DNA of 64,000 nucleotides from Escherichia phage JEP6. Position 1 is the first letter of the stretch, and each line of letters starts with the position of its first letter. The translations under genes were made by a program, and so were the position numbers. Positions 8,506 through 18,943 of this stretch are shown one piece after another. Location of the stretch: sequence record MT764206.1. One strand, given 5' to 3'. The notes under the pieces are model-generated. The model had not been told where the DNA came from and did not search any database. It saw only the letters and a list, made by a program, of their open reading frames with translations.

Positions 8506-9444
8506 TTATTTAAATTGTTCAGTAACGTCTTCAACTACTTCGTATTGGCAGGTACGCATTTTAGCATCGTTGTAATCAATCGGAATTGATACTACATCAC
8601 GCGGATGTACTTTAACTTTTACAACTCGGCTGGTTGAACTGCCAAAGTGACGAATATAAGATTTAGAACACACATGCAGACCATGAGAACAAGTTTGTGT
8701 ATCATCGTCATTCACACGAGTACGTGGCATTTTAACTACTTTACCAGGACTATTATCAAAAGTATTTGAATGACAGTCAAAGTAATTGCTGCGAACTACT
8801 TTCCAAGCATAGAAGTAACCGTCTTCTGTAATTTCAATATCGTTTGCTACCAAGAAATCAAAGAGTCGAGATACCGCTTTTTGACTCGGGTTTTCCAACA
8901 GATTTTCCAAGAACGGAAAATAAAATTCAAAGTTTTCGCCTTTTTCCATCGAATCGAGAATACGATCAACTAAACCAGACCGCAATTCAATATTTTGATA
9001 GAACAAGCTTCCACCTTCAATTCGAACATCACCGGAAATATATTTTTCAACAGCGCGACGAACGTTAATTTTTTGTGCCGCTTCTTCCAATTTATCTGCA
9101 ACAAGCAGATTAAGAATTTCCTGGAAGTTTGAATGAGTATTAGGAGTTGCGTTATAAGTTACACCGTCAACAGTAATTGAAATGAATTTTTTAGATGCAT
9201 TCCAAATAATGTCAGATTTAGCAACTGGAGCAATAACTGCATCGCTATTAACTTTAACTGTAATATCACCGCTAATGGTAACTTTGGAACGCTCAGCTTC
9301 TTCAGCATTTTTCAAAACACGACGGATTGTGTCAACCGATACACCTTGCCAATCAGCCAATTCCTGTTGGGTATAATTACCACTTGAATACAGTTTAACA
9401 ATTTCAGCTTGTTCGTTTTTGGTCAGGCATTTAATGTTGTACAT
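8506..9444 (-). CDS. rIIB: rIIB rapid-lysis / Rex-exclusion protein
   Basis: 312 aa, same length as T4 rIIB, directly downstream of rIIA. Confidence 0.85.
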   Translation of the reverse strand: MYNIKCLTKNEQAEIVKLYSSGNYTQQELADWQGVSVDTIRRVLKNAEEAERSKVTISGDITVKVNSDAVIAPVAKSDIIWNASKKFISITVDGVTYNATPNTHSNFQEILNLLVADKLEEAAQKINVRRAVEKYISGDVRIEGGSLFYQNIELRSGLVDRILDSMEKGENFEFYFPFLENLLENPSQKAVSRLFDFLVANDIEITEDGYFYAWKVVRSNYFDCHSNTFDNSPGKVVKMPRTRVNDDDTQTCSHGLHVCSKSYIRHFGSSTSRVVKVKVHPRDVVSIPIDYNDAKMRTCQYEVVEDVTEQFK

Positions 9445-9455
9445 AATTTTCCTTA

Positions 9456-11633
9456 TTAGGCCGCAAGGGCCTTCATAGTTTTAGCGATTTGGGAAACTTC
9501 ATCATCACTTAAAGAGTTGCGATAACCGATGAAGTCGGAAACAATACGGAATTTCTTGGTAAACTCAGCAACCATTTTATCACTGTTTTTTGAAGCATTA
9601 TTTGATAATACATCAAAAAGATTAGTTACTGTCCAGATGTCATGACCGATGGTATCTTTTCCACCGTTGAAATATACACCCTGTAATGAACTAACCATAT
9701 TAGCGAGTCGTGTATATTCTTCAGAAACTTCATCTACACTGAAGTACTTCATCATAAAATCTAGCTCAGGATACTTGATAATTTTATCAATATATCGTTT
9801 AGCTGAACTTGAATAACCTACATACTTATCATAATCTACATCATCAAAAGCATCTACATATAAATCACGCAGAGTTTCAAAAATACATTGGCACTGACCG
9901 AGTTCTTTTACCTTTTTCTGTAAAAGCGGACGAATAACATAAAATTCATTAATGCCAATAAGATTAGCCATACGAATCAAAATATTCATAGATGGATGAC
10001 AAAGCGATGTAGTACCATCCATAGAGAAAATATCAGAACGATGCATATACGCTACATAACCAGTAATTTCATCTGCTTCTGACGTAAGTGTAAACAGTTC
10101 CTCTTTTTCCCAGCGCCCATCTTTAATTTCAAACTTAAATGCTGTAGCAGCTTTAGGACGAGGAGCTTTACTTTTTACTGCCTTTGGAATATAACTTTTA
10201 ACTAAAGCTTCAATTTCTGACAAATAATGAATGTTAACTTCATCATTTTCAAACATTGCCATAATATCAGGGAGTAAATCAATCTGTGATTCTACTTCCG
10301 GATTAATAAACAGAAGACGTTCGTTATGATGAATATTCAGAGTGTTATTAAATTCACTATCATCTAATGCACGTGCTAATCCACGAACAATATTAACACG
10401 ATTTTTAATATTATCAATAACGACATTAATTTTTGTTGTATTAATACCAAACAGACGATAACTTGATGCGACGGCTGAAGTTTCATGACTTTGCTTAATG
10501 CGTTTCAGTCGAGGGTCAAGATTTACTTCATACACAACCCCTGCATTGCATAACTTACTGTCAGGTTCAAACATGCTCTGCATCTTTTTATATGACAGAT
10601 TTTTAGTCGTGAATTTGACTGAATTACTAATCATATAATCTCGAGCAGAATACCCCATCTTCATCAATTCACGGTATGTGTGACGAGGAGATGTAGATTC
10701 TTTAAATCGTTTTACATCTTCATTAAATGCTTTCTCACTAAGCTCTTTAACACGCTCAATAATATTTTTACGGGTACGATCATCTAGTGAAAGAGCTTCA
10801 CGTGATGGAGCAATATCAAGTGAACCCATTGGAAACTTAATGTAATTCACTTCATTGCGAATGCTTAACCAGTTACGGTCTCTAATAACACCATCGATAG
10901 GATAAACGATACCGCCGTAGATAGCATACAATCCACCACGATCTGGCCAGTATCTTTCTGGATTTACGCCGTAATAATCATCAAAATCCGGAAAATAATC
11001 AATTTCGCGGTCAAGACCATTAATGATAGCCAAATCTTTGAATGGTCGCATGATATAAGAAACTTCATAAGCAAAGTTTCTAAAGTCTTTTTCTTCAACT
11101 GGAACTACGATTTCAATACCAGTTTTATCGTCTGGACCCATTTCTTTCACGAATGTAGGTTTAATTTGTGGACCATCGCCATCCATGTAAGCTACATAAC
11201 CACGAATTTCACCTTTATGATACGAAGTAATACTAAATGTATCAGTATAACTAAACGGAGATTTAGAACCTAAACCAAATCCGCCAATGAAATCGTTAGA
11301 TTCAGCTTTAGATGAACTGAAGTATGAATTATACAACCCAGGAGAATTATCATCACCCTGAATATCAAAATCACTCATACCCGGACCAAAATCTCGACAA
11401 ACAAATCGTGGGTCTAAACGTCCTGGAACTTGTATGATAAATTTTTCAGGATTTCCATTGAGAGCATGGGCATCAATCATGTTAGTAATCAATTCACGGA
11501 CTACTGCGCGAATCTTGTTTGTATACAAATCAGATGATAGAATTTTAAATACTTTAGGAGATGCTGTGATGCTAAATGCTTTTGATTTAGAACCATTACC
11601 AAGAATTGTTTCTTTTTCAGTGGTGATAATCAT
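9456..11633 (-). CDS. rIIA: rIIA protein
   Basis: 725 aa, same length as T4 rIIA. Confidence 0.85.
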   Translation of the reverse strand: MIITTEKETILGNGSKSKAFSITASPKVFKILSSDLYTNKIRAVVRELITNMIDAHALNGNPEKFIIQVPGRLDPRFVCRDFGPGMSDFDIQGDDNSPGLYNSYFSSSKAESNDFIGGFGLGSKSPFSYTDTFSITSYHKGEIRGYVAYMDGDGPQIKPTFVKEMGPDDKTGIEIVVPVEEKDFRNFAYEVSYIMRPFKDLAIINGLDREIDYFPDFDDYYGVNPERYWPDRGGLYAIYGGIVYPIDGVIRDRNWLSIRNEVNYIKFPMGSLDIAPSREALSLDDRTRKNIIERVKELSEKAFNEDVKRFKESTSPRHTYRELMKMGYSARDYMISNSVKFTTKNLSYKKMQSMFEPDSKLCNAGVVYEVNLDPRLKRIKQSHETSAVASSYRLFGINTTKINVVIDNIKNRVNIVRGLARALDDSEFNNTLNIHHNERLLFINPEVESQIDLLPDIMAMFENDEVNIHYLSEIEALVKSYIPKAVKSKAPRPKAATAFKFEIKDGRWEKEELFTLTSEADEITGYVAYMHRSDIFSMDGTTSLCHPSMNILIRMANLIGINEFYVIRPLLQKKVKELGQCQCIFETLRDLYVDAFDDVDYDKYVGYSSSAKRYIDKIIKYPELDFMMKYFSVDEVSEEYTRLANMVSSLQGVYFNGGKDTIGHDIWTVTNLFDVLSNNASKNSDKMVAEFTKKFRIVSDFIGYRNSLSDDEVSQIAKTMKALAA

Positions 11634-11643
11634 AATTTCCTCA

Positions 11644-11847
11644 TTAATTCATATTGCGTTTAATAACTTCAGCAACTTCTAGTAGTTCATCTTTAGTTGC
11701 GGTGTCGGATTGAATTTTATCTCTAATATCCTTAAAGCGGTTTTTAAATTCTTCGGCTTCTCCCATATCGAAAAAGCGTTGAATGATTCTATATTCTCGA
11801 TGAACTGCTTTATCAAAAAGTTCTAAATTTACTCTATATGATTTCAT
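11644..11847 (-). CDS. hypothetical early protein
   Basis: 67 aa ORF downstream of gene 60. Confidence 0.5.
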   Translation of the reverse strand: MKSYRVNLELFDKAVHREYRIIQRFFDMGEAEEFKNRFKDIRDKIQSDTATKDELLEVAEVIKRNMN

Positions 11848-11872
11848 TTCAATATCCTCATTTGCCCAATTA

Positions 11873-11902
11873 ATTATACCACATCCTTGTGGTAAAGTAA
11901 AC
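11873..11902 (-). promoter_or_regulatory. early promoter (GTTTAC / TGGTATAAT)
   Basis: -35 hexamer overlaps gene 60 stop codon; 18-nt spacing. Confidence 0.55.
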
Positions 11903-12434
11903 TACTGGCTCATCCATTCTTTACGAAGGTCAGCATTATCTCCCATGAGCATTTCAAAAAGCTCTTTCCAGTTCTCAGGAAGTTTAACAACATCATAAAC
12001 TGGGTTCTGAATCATTTCACGGTATTCAGATTTTTCCAAAGAGCCAAGTCCCTTAATATAACGGATGCTATGTTTAGGTAGAGCATCTTTGGCACTCTCA
12101 TATTCAGCGACTGTATAAAACCATTCTTGTTTTTTACCGACCTGAGCGATGATTACAGGAGTTTTGACAAAGCGAATTCTTCCTTGTTCAAACAGTTCTG
12201 GCCAATTACTAAAAAATCCGAGCAGAGAAGGATAAATAGAACCTAATCCAATAATCTCTTAATTATGAGGTATTTCAATGGATAGCCCGAAGGCTATCCA
12301 TCGTGATCTGCGTCTGTCATAATAGCGACATTCGCATAGTTCATTGAAGAGGATTTAATAGAACGACGAACATTGTTCTGCGATTTATATTTTTTCATAT
12401 CAATGCTAGAAGAATCAATTTTTACAAATTTCAT
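11902..12434 (-). CDS. 60: topoisomerase II subunit gp60, translated with a 50-nt programmed bypass
   Basis: Codons 1-46 (12297-12434) end ...IMTDADHDG at take-off GGA, then UAG; codons 47-160 (11902-12246) resume LGSIYPSLLGFFSNWPELFEQ... after landing GGA; joined product 160 aa. Confidence 0.85.
12247..12296 (-). other. untranslated 50-nt coding gap of gene 60
   Basis: Minus-strand RNA UAGCCUUCGGGCUAUCCAUUGAAAUACCUCAUAAUUAAGAGAUUAUUGGA between matched GGA codons; take-off hairpin GGAUAGCC-UUCG-GGCUAUCC. Confidence 0.85.
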
Positions 12435-13233
12435 TATACACCTCGTAGAACTTTTCATCAGGAATCCAGCCGCGTTTAAATTCATTAAATGCTCGGCCGA
12501 ATAATTTTGAATTCACAGTTATATTATTAACTGATTTCCATTTAGCAACTCCCGTTCGTTTATAATGATCGGGGTCATATTTCGTGACGTACCATTCATA
12601 TAAATTTGGTATTAATTTTACAGCCTCTGGATTTGTCGCTGATTTATTATACCATGGTTTCGCTTTTTCAAGTTCAGCTGCTTTTGCAGTAGCAGCAACA
12701 GTATTTCCAATACCAACTAATTTTTCAGCTTTAATGCGTGGATCATTAACATGAAGACGAAAAACTTCGCCTTTTTCATTTTTAAAGCATGTCATGCCTT
12801 TAATTCCAGGAAGCTTAACACCTTTATTAACACCGCACCATTCCTTTGGGTTAAATGATCCTTTAATTAATAAGGCGCATTTACCCGATTTAATACTTCT
12901 CATTAAAACTTTATCTTTCATAAAGTTTTTTGACCATTCAGATACTGCTCTTTGATGGTAAATTCTAGCAATTTCATATAATTTACTAGAACGTAAATAT
13001 TTTTCAGTGTTTAACATTCTATTCATCGCATATGCCATTTCACGATTACGATGAATTTTATATAGTAGAAAATGTGCTAAAAAGTGTTCACGAAAAGTCA
13101 GTTTCACCAAATTTTCTTTATCATCAGAACCTCCCATTGATCTTGGAAGGATATGGTGAATTTCACCCTTAAATTTAGAAACGCGGGTTTTACCCCGCAC
13201 TATTAAGTCATTATAGATTTTTTCGTAATTCAC
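12415..13233 (-). CDS. mobA: HNH homing endonuclease (MobA-like) between genes 39 and 60
   Basis: HNH motif HHILPRSMGGSDDKENLVKLTFREHFLAH; overlaps 39 end by 23 nt and 60 start by 20 nt; listed first codon is GTG so true start uncertain. Confidence 0.7.
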   Translation of the reverse strand: MNYEKIYNDLIVRGKTRVSKFKGEIHHILPRSMGGSDDKENLVKLTFREHFLAHFLLYKIHRNREMAYAMNRMLNTEKYLRSSKLYEIARIYHQRAVSEWSKNFMKDKVLMRSIKSGKCALLIKGSFNPKEWCGVNKGVKLPGIKGMTCFKNEKGEVFRLHVNDPRIKAEKLVGIGNTVAATAKAAELEKAKPWYNKSATNPEAVKLIPNLYEWYVTKYDPDHYKRTGVAKWKSVNNITVNSKLFGRAFNEFKRGWIPDEKFYEVYNEICKN

Positions 13234-14761
13234 CTACTGTTATCCATTTACCATTAATCTGTACTTCATCATTTTCATTTACAATAATTGTATCACCATT
13301 TAGTTCGAGAGTAAACCACTCACCGTCTTCTTTTTCTTCAAACGCCTTTTCACCAAGAACTAATCCAGTGATTGCGCAAATATCAAACAGTTCTTTGTTT
13401 TTAAGCATGTCAGCATATGACATACCCCAGCTATTAAGAACTTTACCGCGCAATGGATAACCACCATGAAGTTCTTTATCGCGAACATCAATAAGATATC
13501 CGATAGCAGAATCACCCTCAGTCAAGAAAAGAGTAGTGTCAGCATCTTTACCGCAAAGATTCGCTTTAATATGTTTATGAACCTTAGCTTTAGAAGCCTT
13601 TTTAGCTGCTTTAGTTTCTGCTGCTTTTTCTGCCGCCAATTTACGAGCCAAAGCAGCTTCAATAATTGGCATTAAAATTGCTTCATTATTTAAAATAGCA
13701 CGTGAAATCTTTTTAGCATCAAGCTGAATATGACTACGGATTTCACCAAATGGAGAAGTCAAACGCTCTTTAGTTTGAGAATCAAATCGCATGTTTTTCA
13801 TATCACGAACAAACATAACGATAGTCAAACATTCTTTGACACGTGCTTTAGTTACATCAATTTTGAACTTACGTTTGATTTGTGGAATAAGGTCTTCACA
13901 AATATCATCCATAACACAGTCAATGTGATGACCACCATTCTTAGTATGAATGTTATTGACGTACGTTAATTGACGAAAACCATCCGGTGAACGACCAACC
14001 GCAATAGAACAGTTTTCTTGTTCTTGAACGATGGCGTGTTCATCATATTGGCGTGCATATTTCTTAAAATTACCCTGAACCTTTTTACCATTAAAGGTAA
14101 ATTGAATATCAGGATAAACTACTGCAAGTGTCTGGAGACGATCTAGTGTAATGTCAAGATAAACTTGGGACAGCTCATTAGTTTCAAATGACATAAAATC
14201 AGGAATGAAAGTAACACGAGTTCCTTTCCATTTTCCAGGAATAGTTTCCCATGATTTATTTTCCATGCCATTTGAACAACGAACTACAATATTATTTTGA
14301 CCATCACCAGTTTCACCGACAAACATCACAGAAAAAATGTTTGTCAAACTAGAACCAACACCATTCATACCGCCGGTGACGCGTTCTTTATCATCACCGA
14401 AGTTACCACCTGCTTTTGGAATAGTCCACGCAGCAACAGGACCAGGAATTTCTTCACCGGTAGGTGTTTTAACCATCGCTTGTGGAATACCACGACCGTT
14501 ATCTTCAACTGTTACCTGATTATTTTTAATGGTAACATTAATTTTATTTGCGAATTTAAACTTAGTACGAATACCTTCATCTACTGAGTTATCGATAATT
14601 TCATCAATAAGCTTAACAAGACCAGGTACATACTGAACACTTTCCCATTTACCAAACAGAAAGCGCTCATGCATTTCATTAGCAGAAGAGCCAATGTACA
14701 TGCCGCTACGCTTTTTGATATGTTCAATATCGCTCAGAATTTTAATTTCATTCTTAATCAT
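13211..14761 (-). CDS. 39: DNA topoisomerase II large subunit, ATPase part (GyrB-like)
   Basis: Start taken at second Met (MIKNEIKILSD), about 516 aa; GHKL ATPase motifs VEDNGRGIP and GMNGVGSS. Confidence 0.9.
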   Translation of the reverse strand: MIKNEIKILSDIEHIKKRSGMYIGSSANEMHERFLFGKWESVQYVPGLVKLIDEIIDNSVDEGIRTKFKFANKINVTIKNNQVTVEDNGRGIPQAMVKTPTGEEIPGPVAAWTIPKAGGNFGDDKERVTGGMNGVGSSLTNIFSVMFVGETGDGQNNIVVRCSNGMENKSWETIPGKWKGTRVTFIPDFMSFETNELSQVYLDITLDRLQTLAVVYPDIQFTFNGKKVQGNFKKYARQYDEHAIVQEQENCSIAVGRSPDGFRQLTYVNNIHTKNGGHHIDCVMDDICEDLIPQIKRKFKIDVTKARVKECLTIVMFVRDMKNMRFDSQTKERLTSPFGEIRSHIQLDAKKISRAILNNEAILMPIIEAALARKLAAEKAAETKAAKKASKAKVHKHIKANLCGKDADTTLFLTEGDSAIGYLIDVRDKELHGGYPLRGKVLNSWGMSYADMLKNKELFDICAITGLVLGEKAFEEKEDGEWFTLELNGDTIIVNENDEVQINGKWITVGELRKNL

Positions 14762-14830
14762 CACTTATCCTCGTTTGGTTTCGGGAATATTATACTCCGG
14801 TAATCATAAAGCTAAAGGCCCGAAGGCCTT

Positions 14831-15091
14831 TTATTTAAAACGAATAGTCGAATCCTTGAAGAATAGTCCAGAACATACTGTTCCTTCTACTTTCTGCCCA
14901 GTAGGTCCAACAGCACGAAATCCAGTGTGTTGGAAATCATTTTCAGAGCAACCGAACCAGTTATATCCAGTGATTTCAATATTAGTAAAACCACTTGAAG
15001 ACAAAACTTTGGTTGCATTATCAGCATCAGTACATCCTACTAAAGACACTGCTAATACTAATGCTGCGATAGAACGATTAACATATTTCAT
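14831..15091 (-). CDS. putative lipoprotein
   Basis: 86 aa, signal peptide with lipobox LVGC. Confidence 0.5.
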   Translation of the reverse strand: MKYVNRSIAALVLAVSLVGCTDADNATKVLSSSGFTNIEITGYNWFGCSENDFQHTGFRAVGPTGQKVEGTVCSGLFFKDSTIRFK

Positions 15092-15093
15092 AA

Positions 15094-15270
15094 TTACCCT
15101 TTAAGTAGGTCGTAAAATCCACCGTTCACATGCTTAGGAGCGGAAACTAACCGAATAGCAATCCGATGACAATCAGGACATACATCAGTATCTCTTTCAG
15201 AAATTTTCTTGATTTTTTCGTATTCTTTTGCACAGTCTTTGGATTGACATTTATAATCATAAAGCGGCAT
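15094..15270 (-). CDS. small zinc-ribbon protein (58 aa)
   Basis: MPLYDYKCQSKDCAKEY...CPDCHRIA, two CxxC pairs; below track cutoff. Confidence 0.4.
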   Translation of the reverse strand: MPLYDYKCQSKDCAKEYEKIKKISERDTDVCPDCHRIAIRLVSAPKHVNGGFYDLLKG

Positions 15271-15272
15271 AA

Positions 15273-15686
15273 TTATTCCTTAAAGTGAGCTTTCAACATC
15301 TGATACAAGGACCATGCTTGTTCATTATTTTCAATAGTAACTTTCATTACCGGGAATTCAGATGGTTCAGTTACTGGTGCAGGGTCTTCCTGCTCTTCAG
15401 CAGCCTGATATGGATTTTCCACTTCATTAAAGAACTCGGCTTCGTTGCTAGAAAGCCAGATAAAGTTTTCGTCAATGACTGTACCTCGTGATGAATATCC
15501 AACTATGCCAGTAGATGTCACAATTTTAGTAGGACGCCCGTAATAGTCAACATCTAAAATTTTAAAAGGTTCCATACCTAAACGCCGCGCATAGATTCCG
15601 TTATCAGTATGGTCTTTAATAAAATTTTCTTGAGCTTGTTTATTTTTGAATTGATACCATTTATTAACTTCAAATTTAATAGCCAT
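15273..15686 (-). CDS. hypothetical early protein (goF/comC-alpha position)
   Basis: 137 aa acidic protein. Confidence 0.45.
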   Translation of the reverse strand: MAIKFEVNKWYQFKNKQAQENFIKDHTDNGIYARRLGMEPFKILDVDYYGRPTKIVTSTGIVGYSSRGTVIDENFIWLSSNEAEFFNEVENPYQAAEEQEDPAPVTEPSEFPVMKVTIENNEQAWSLYQMLKAHFKE

Positions 15687-15901
15687 TAATAAATTTCCTT
15701 CCAGTAAGTTGTGCCGTCTTCAGTAATTTCACGAAATACACCGTAAATTGGCTGTTTATCACCGACTTTCTCATACACATAAACAGAAGTCAAGTGAGTA
15801 AACTTGCTAGTATGTTCCTTTTGAACTACTACCAAATTTGGATCAAATAATACATCTTCAAATTCATCATTAGTGCAATTCTGAACAATTTTACGTTTCA
15901 T
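15686..15901 (-). CDS. hypothetical early protein (cef position)
   Basis: 71 aa, size matches T4 cef. Confidence 0.4.
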   Translation of the reverse strand: MKRKIVQNCTNDEFEDVLFDPNLVVVQKEHTSKFTHLTSVYVYEKVGDKQPIYGVFREITEDGTTYWKEIY

Positions 15902-16072
15902 TACAATTTCCTCATTAATTAAACATTGGAGCGATGCGTTTCAGAAGAGTATCAGCACCTTTGGCGAATTTCCATTTTATTCTTCAAGTTGTTTTCTGTA
16001 TCAGTAGTTGATATTGATATAGTACCATAATCAACTACTGATGTATATAGTTTTATGAAAAAATTTTAAACT

Positions 16073-16570
16073 TTATGCACAGCGAGCTTTGCTATAGTGT
16101 TTAATCCAACTTTCAGGAATGACTTTGTATGTTCCTAAAAATACCGTGTTGTACAGCTTAACACCATCTTCTACCCACTGATCGGTAATGTATGCGCACA
16201 TAGCACGAGTACGGCGTTTTTGAACAACCCCTTCCTCATCTTCAGTAAATTCGAATTCATAAGGAGCAATGAACTTAATAGCTTGACCGAGTTTCCACTT
16301 AAAGTCTACACCTACATGCGAAGTATCAATCGTTTCAATTCCTTTAGCGGGAACAGCTTTCAAAAACGCAGATTCAAGAAATTTCGCGCGAACATAACCA
16401 AACTGAGGTTTAGACTTTCCATCTTTAGGAATGATACGCACTTTTACTTCAGAATCTTCATCTTTAACGCCGCGTTTAAGCTGAATGCTTACAATTTCGA
16501 CCAATTTTCCTGCTGCTTTAGAGCGGGATTTATCAGATACACGAGCAATTTCACCAATATTAATAATCAT
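16073..16570 (-). CDS. early protein, MotB-region paralog A
   Basis: 165 aa; shares ITDQW(V/I)EDGV(K/E)L motif with adjacent 181-aa ORF. Confidence 0.55.
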   Translation of the reverse strand: MIINIGEIARVSDKSRSKAAGKLVEIVSIQLKRGVKDEDSEVKVRIIPKDGKSKPQFGYVRAKFLESAFLKAVPAKGIETIDTSHVGVDFKWKLGQAIKFIAPYEFEFTEDEEGVVQKRRTRAMCAYITDQWVEDGVKLYNTVFLGTYKVIPESWIKHYSKARCA

Positions 16571-16614
16571 AGTTATCTCTCACTTGTTAAAAAGATTTTA
16601 TACTCCACAGGACC

Positions 16615-16644
16615 ATTATACTCTGGTCCCAAGAGTTTGTAAAC
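16615..16644 (-). promoter_or_regulatory. early promoter (GTTTAC / TATAAT)
   Basis: 18-nt spacing; palindromic spacer CTCTTGGGACCAGAG. Confidence 0.5.
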
Positions 16645-16646
16645 TA

Positions 16647-17192
16647 TTAATTCAAAATAGCTACCACCGCACTACGAGGTACTACACTAAAATCTCCTGC
16701 ATGGACAACGTTCAGAAGCTCAACACCATCTTCAATCCACTGGTCTGTTACCCAACCACAGATAGGATTATCAAAAGGACGACGGATAGACACAGCAGCA
16801 CACAACAGGTCTGTAGGGTCTTGTTCTTCAACTTCTTGGAACAGGATGAACTCATCTTCATAAACCAGGTTTTTCTTTATTTTGTTATTATCTAACCGGC
16901 GACCGTGGATGACGTAAGATTTGTCAAACCACTCACTTTTGGCAAATTCTTCAACAATAAATTCGCCTTCGCCAAAAACATCAGTCAGAGTTTTATGACC
17001 AGAAATCAAGGCATTAGTTTTAATTTTAGGTTCAACCAGTTTGTAGGTTTTGCCGATTTCAATAGCGGTAGTCATAGTAGGTTCCTTAATTTCCAGTGGT
17101 TTAACAGGGCATACATAAGTGCTTACAACATCAAAATCAATCAGTTTAGCTACCGGATTCGGTGTATATTCAGGATTATAATTAAATTTCAT
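16647..17192 (-). CDS. early protein, MotB-region paralog B
   Basis: 181 aa; paralog motif GWVTDQWIEDGVELLNVV. Confidence 0.55.
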   Translation of the reverse strand: MKFNYNPEYTPNPVAKLIDFDVVSTYVCPVKPLEIKEPTMTTAIEIGKTYKLVEPKIKTNALISGHKTLTDVFGEGEFIVEEFAKSEWFDKSYVIHGRRLDNNKIKKNLVYEDEFILFQEVEEQDPTDLLCAAVSIRRPFDNPICGWVTDQWIEDGVELLNVVHAGDFSVVPRSAVVAILN

Positions 17193-17194
17193 AA

Positions 17195-17695
17195 TTATCT
17201 CATTTCAATAAAATCTACGAGTTCAACATGCGATTTGCGGAACATTACTTGGTGCCCACCAATGATAACTTCATCTTCAGGAACTTCGTATACAGCGAGA
17301 TAAAATCCTTTAGAAGATAATTCTTCCCGCTCTTCTCGTGTGAACCATCTCATCATATCATATTCACTAGCGAAAGCAAAATGATAAAGACCTATAAACC
17401 ACCCTGGAATATGATATTCTACTCCAACATAATCTTTCTTGAACTTAGTATTAATTACTATATTAGCGTTTTTAACTAATAGTTTATCTTCGTGTGGTAA
17501 AGGAATTCTTTTATTATTATCGCTATGATGCATAAAATTAGGTCTGTCATAACCTACGTGTAATAGCCACTCTTCGCTCCATGAATCTATTATACTCCTG
17601 TATGGCGTTATTTGAACACAAAGATTTCGACGTATTGTTATAGCATCTTCACAATTAAGAATACTAAAAGATGATTCAACACGATAAATTTTCAT
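17195..17695 (-). CDS. hypothetical early protein
   Basis: Start at MKIYRVESS with SD GAGGA (track start over-extended into promoter). Confidence 0.5.
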   Translation of the reverse strand: MKIYRVESSFSILNCEDAITIRRNLCVQITPYRSIIDSWSEEWLLHVGYDRPNFMHHSDNNKRIPLPHEDKLLVKNANIVINTKFKKDYVGVEYHIPGWFIGLYHFAFASEYDMMRWFTREEREELSSKGFYLAVYEVPEDEVIIGGHQVMFRKSHVELVDFIEMR

Positions 17696-17722
17696 TTTAT
17701 TATCCTCAGTAGCTATGATGTT

Positions 17723-17752
17723 ATAATACCACAACTAACCGAGGAAGTAAAC
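17723..17752 (-). promoter_or_regulatory. early promoter (GTTTAC / TGGTATTAT)
   Basis: Family member. Confidence 0.5.
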
Positions 17753-17758
17753 AATTTT

Positions 17759-18442
17759 TTATCGTTTTGTTGGAAGAGACAGAGGATCGCACTCTTCCTC
17801 TGATGGAGCATCTTCAAGACCCATAGCGTATCGCAAAGCATACTTCATCATCAGGATGTCTTTCGCACAGTCATGAATAGAATTATGCGCAACGAATCCA
17901 TCTAAAGTTCCCTTTGGAAGAGGACATGTGGTCATATCACGAACAAGCAGAAGTGCTTCAATTCTGGTACGAATATCACGCTGATTCCAAAATTTACACG
18001 GTTCTAACTTAAATGTATCAAGCTCATTCTCGGAAACGCCGTTAAGACGTTGAATATCACGAATGAGATCGACTAAAATTGGAAAATCAAACGACATTCC
18101 ACGGCACCAGCCTTGAGATTTCCAAGGATCGATATTATGTGCATTGATGTAATCATTAAATTTTGCAATACCATCGATAGTGCTTACATCTTCATCTGAT
18201 GGTGCAATATTTTTTCTAGCTTCAGGTGATTGATTTTTCCACCATTCGATAGTACTTTTAGTAAAAAGACGATGTCCTTTTTGGCTTTTTAAATCGAACT
18301 TGATTTTAATGCCGCGCGAAACTAATTCATCAAATGTTTCAACTACTTCTGGATTAGGGTCAAAGGCAATAACAGCCAAATCAATAACAGCTGCCTTTTC
18401 ACCGCTTCCCATTGTTTCAAAATCTATAATAAAATCAAACAT
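17759..18442 (-). CDS. dexA: exonuclease A
   Basis: 227 aa, MFDFIIDFETMGSGEKAAVIDLAVIAF..., DEDDh-type 3'-5' exonuclease N-terminus; T4 DexA size. Confidence 0.85.
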   Translation of the reverse strand: MFDFIIDFETMGSGEKAAVIDLAVIAFDPNPEVVETFDELVSRGIKIKFDLKSQKGHRLFTKSTIEWWKNQSPEARKNIAPSDEDVSTIDGIAKFNDYINAHNIDPWKSQGWCRGMSFDFPILVDLIRDIQRLNGVSENELDTFKLEPCKFWNQRDIRTRIEALLLVRDMTTCPLPKGTLDGFVAHNSIHDCAKDILMMKYALRYAMGLEDAPSEEECDPLSLPTKR

Positions 18443-18684
18443 TAAATTTTCCTCGCTAAATCGCGAATTTGACCTACAGTATAATCTTGGATATAAACTT
18501 TATTAATGGGCTCATCAATAAATTTTGCTATAGATTCAATATCTTTTTGTATCTCTTCAAGACTGTATACTATCTTTGAAGCTTTTTCGCGAATAGTAAT
18601 ATTTTCAGGACCTGGATTTTCTTCAATGACATCTTTAACATTTGTTATAAGAGATTTAAACTGCCACCAACTTAATTCAATCAT
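18442..18684 (-). CDS. hypothetical protein (paralog pair member)
   Basis: 80 aa; LEEIQKDIESIAKF motif shared with next ORF. Confidence 0.45.
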   Translation of the reverse strand: MIELSWWQFKSLITNVKDVIEENPGPENITIREKASKIVYSLEEIQKDIESIAKFIDEPINKVYIQDYTVGQIRDLARKI

Positions 18685-18937
18685 TAATAACCGCCTTATA
18701 AAGATAGCTAATTTCGCCTAAAACATAATCATTAATTGTAACAGTTTTCACTTCACCGCAAAAGAATTCTAACGCAATTAAATCTCGTTCAATTTCTTCC
18801 AATTGAAGCATCAACTTACTAGATTCAATTTTTACAGTTTTACGATTTTTGCTATAAGCTATTTCATAAATTTCGCTTACTTTATCTTGAAGAAGATAAA
18901 ACTGATCTTTAGTTATTTCCACGAATAGCTTCCTCAA
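18677..18937 (-). CDS. hypothetical protein (paralog pair member)
   Basis: 86 aa; LEEIERDLIALEFF motif. Confidence 0.45.
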   Translation of the reverse strand: MRKLFVEITKDQFYLLQDKVSEIYEIAYSKNRKTVKIESSKLMLQLEEIERDLIALEFFCGEVKTVTINDYVLGEISYLYKAVIND

Positions 18938-18943
18938 ATTTAA

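Noticed and set aside
12294-12485. 63-aa ORF looking like a truncated pseudogene fragment of topoisomerase
   Set aside because: It is the 5' part of gene 60; the stop is the take-off site of the 50-nt bypass and the downstream frame continues the protein.
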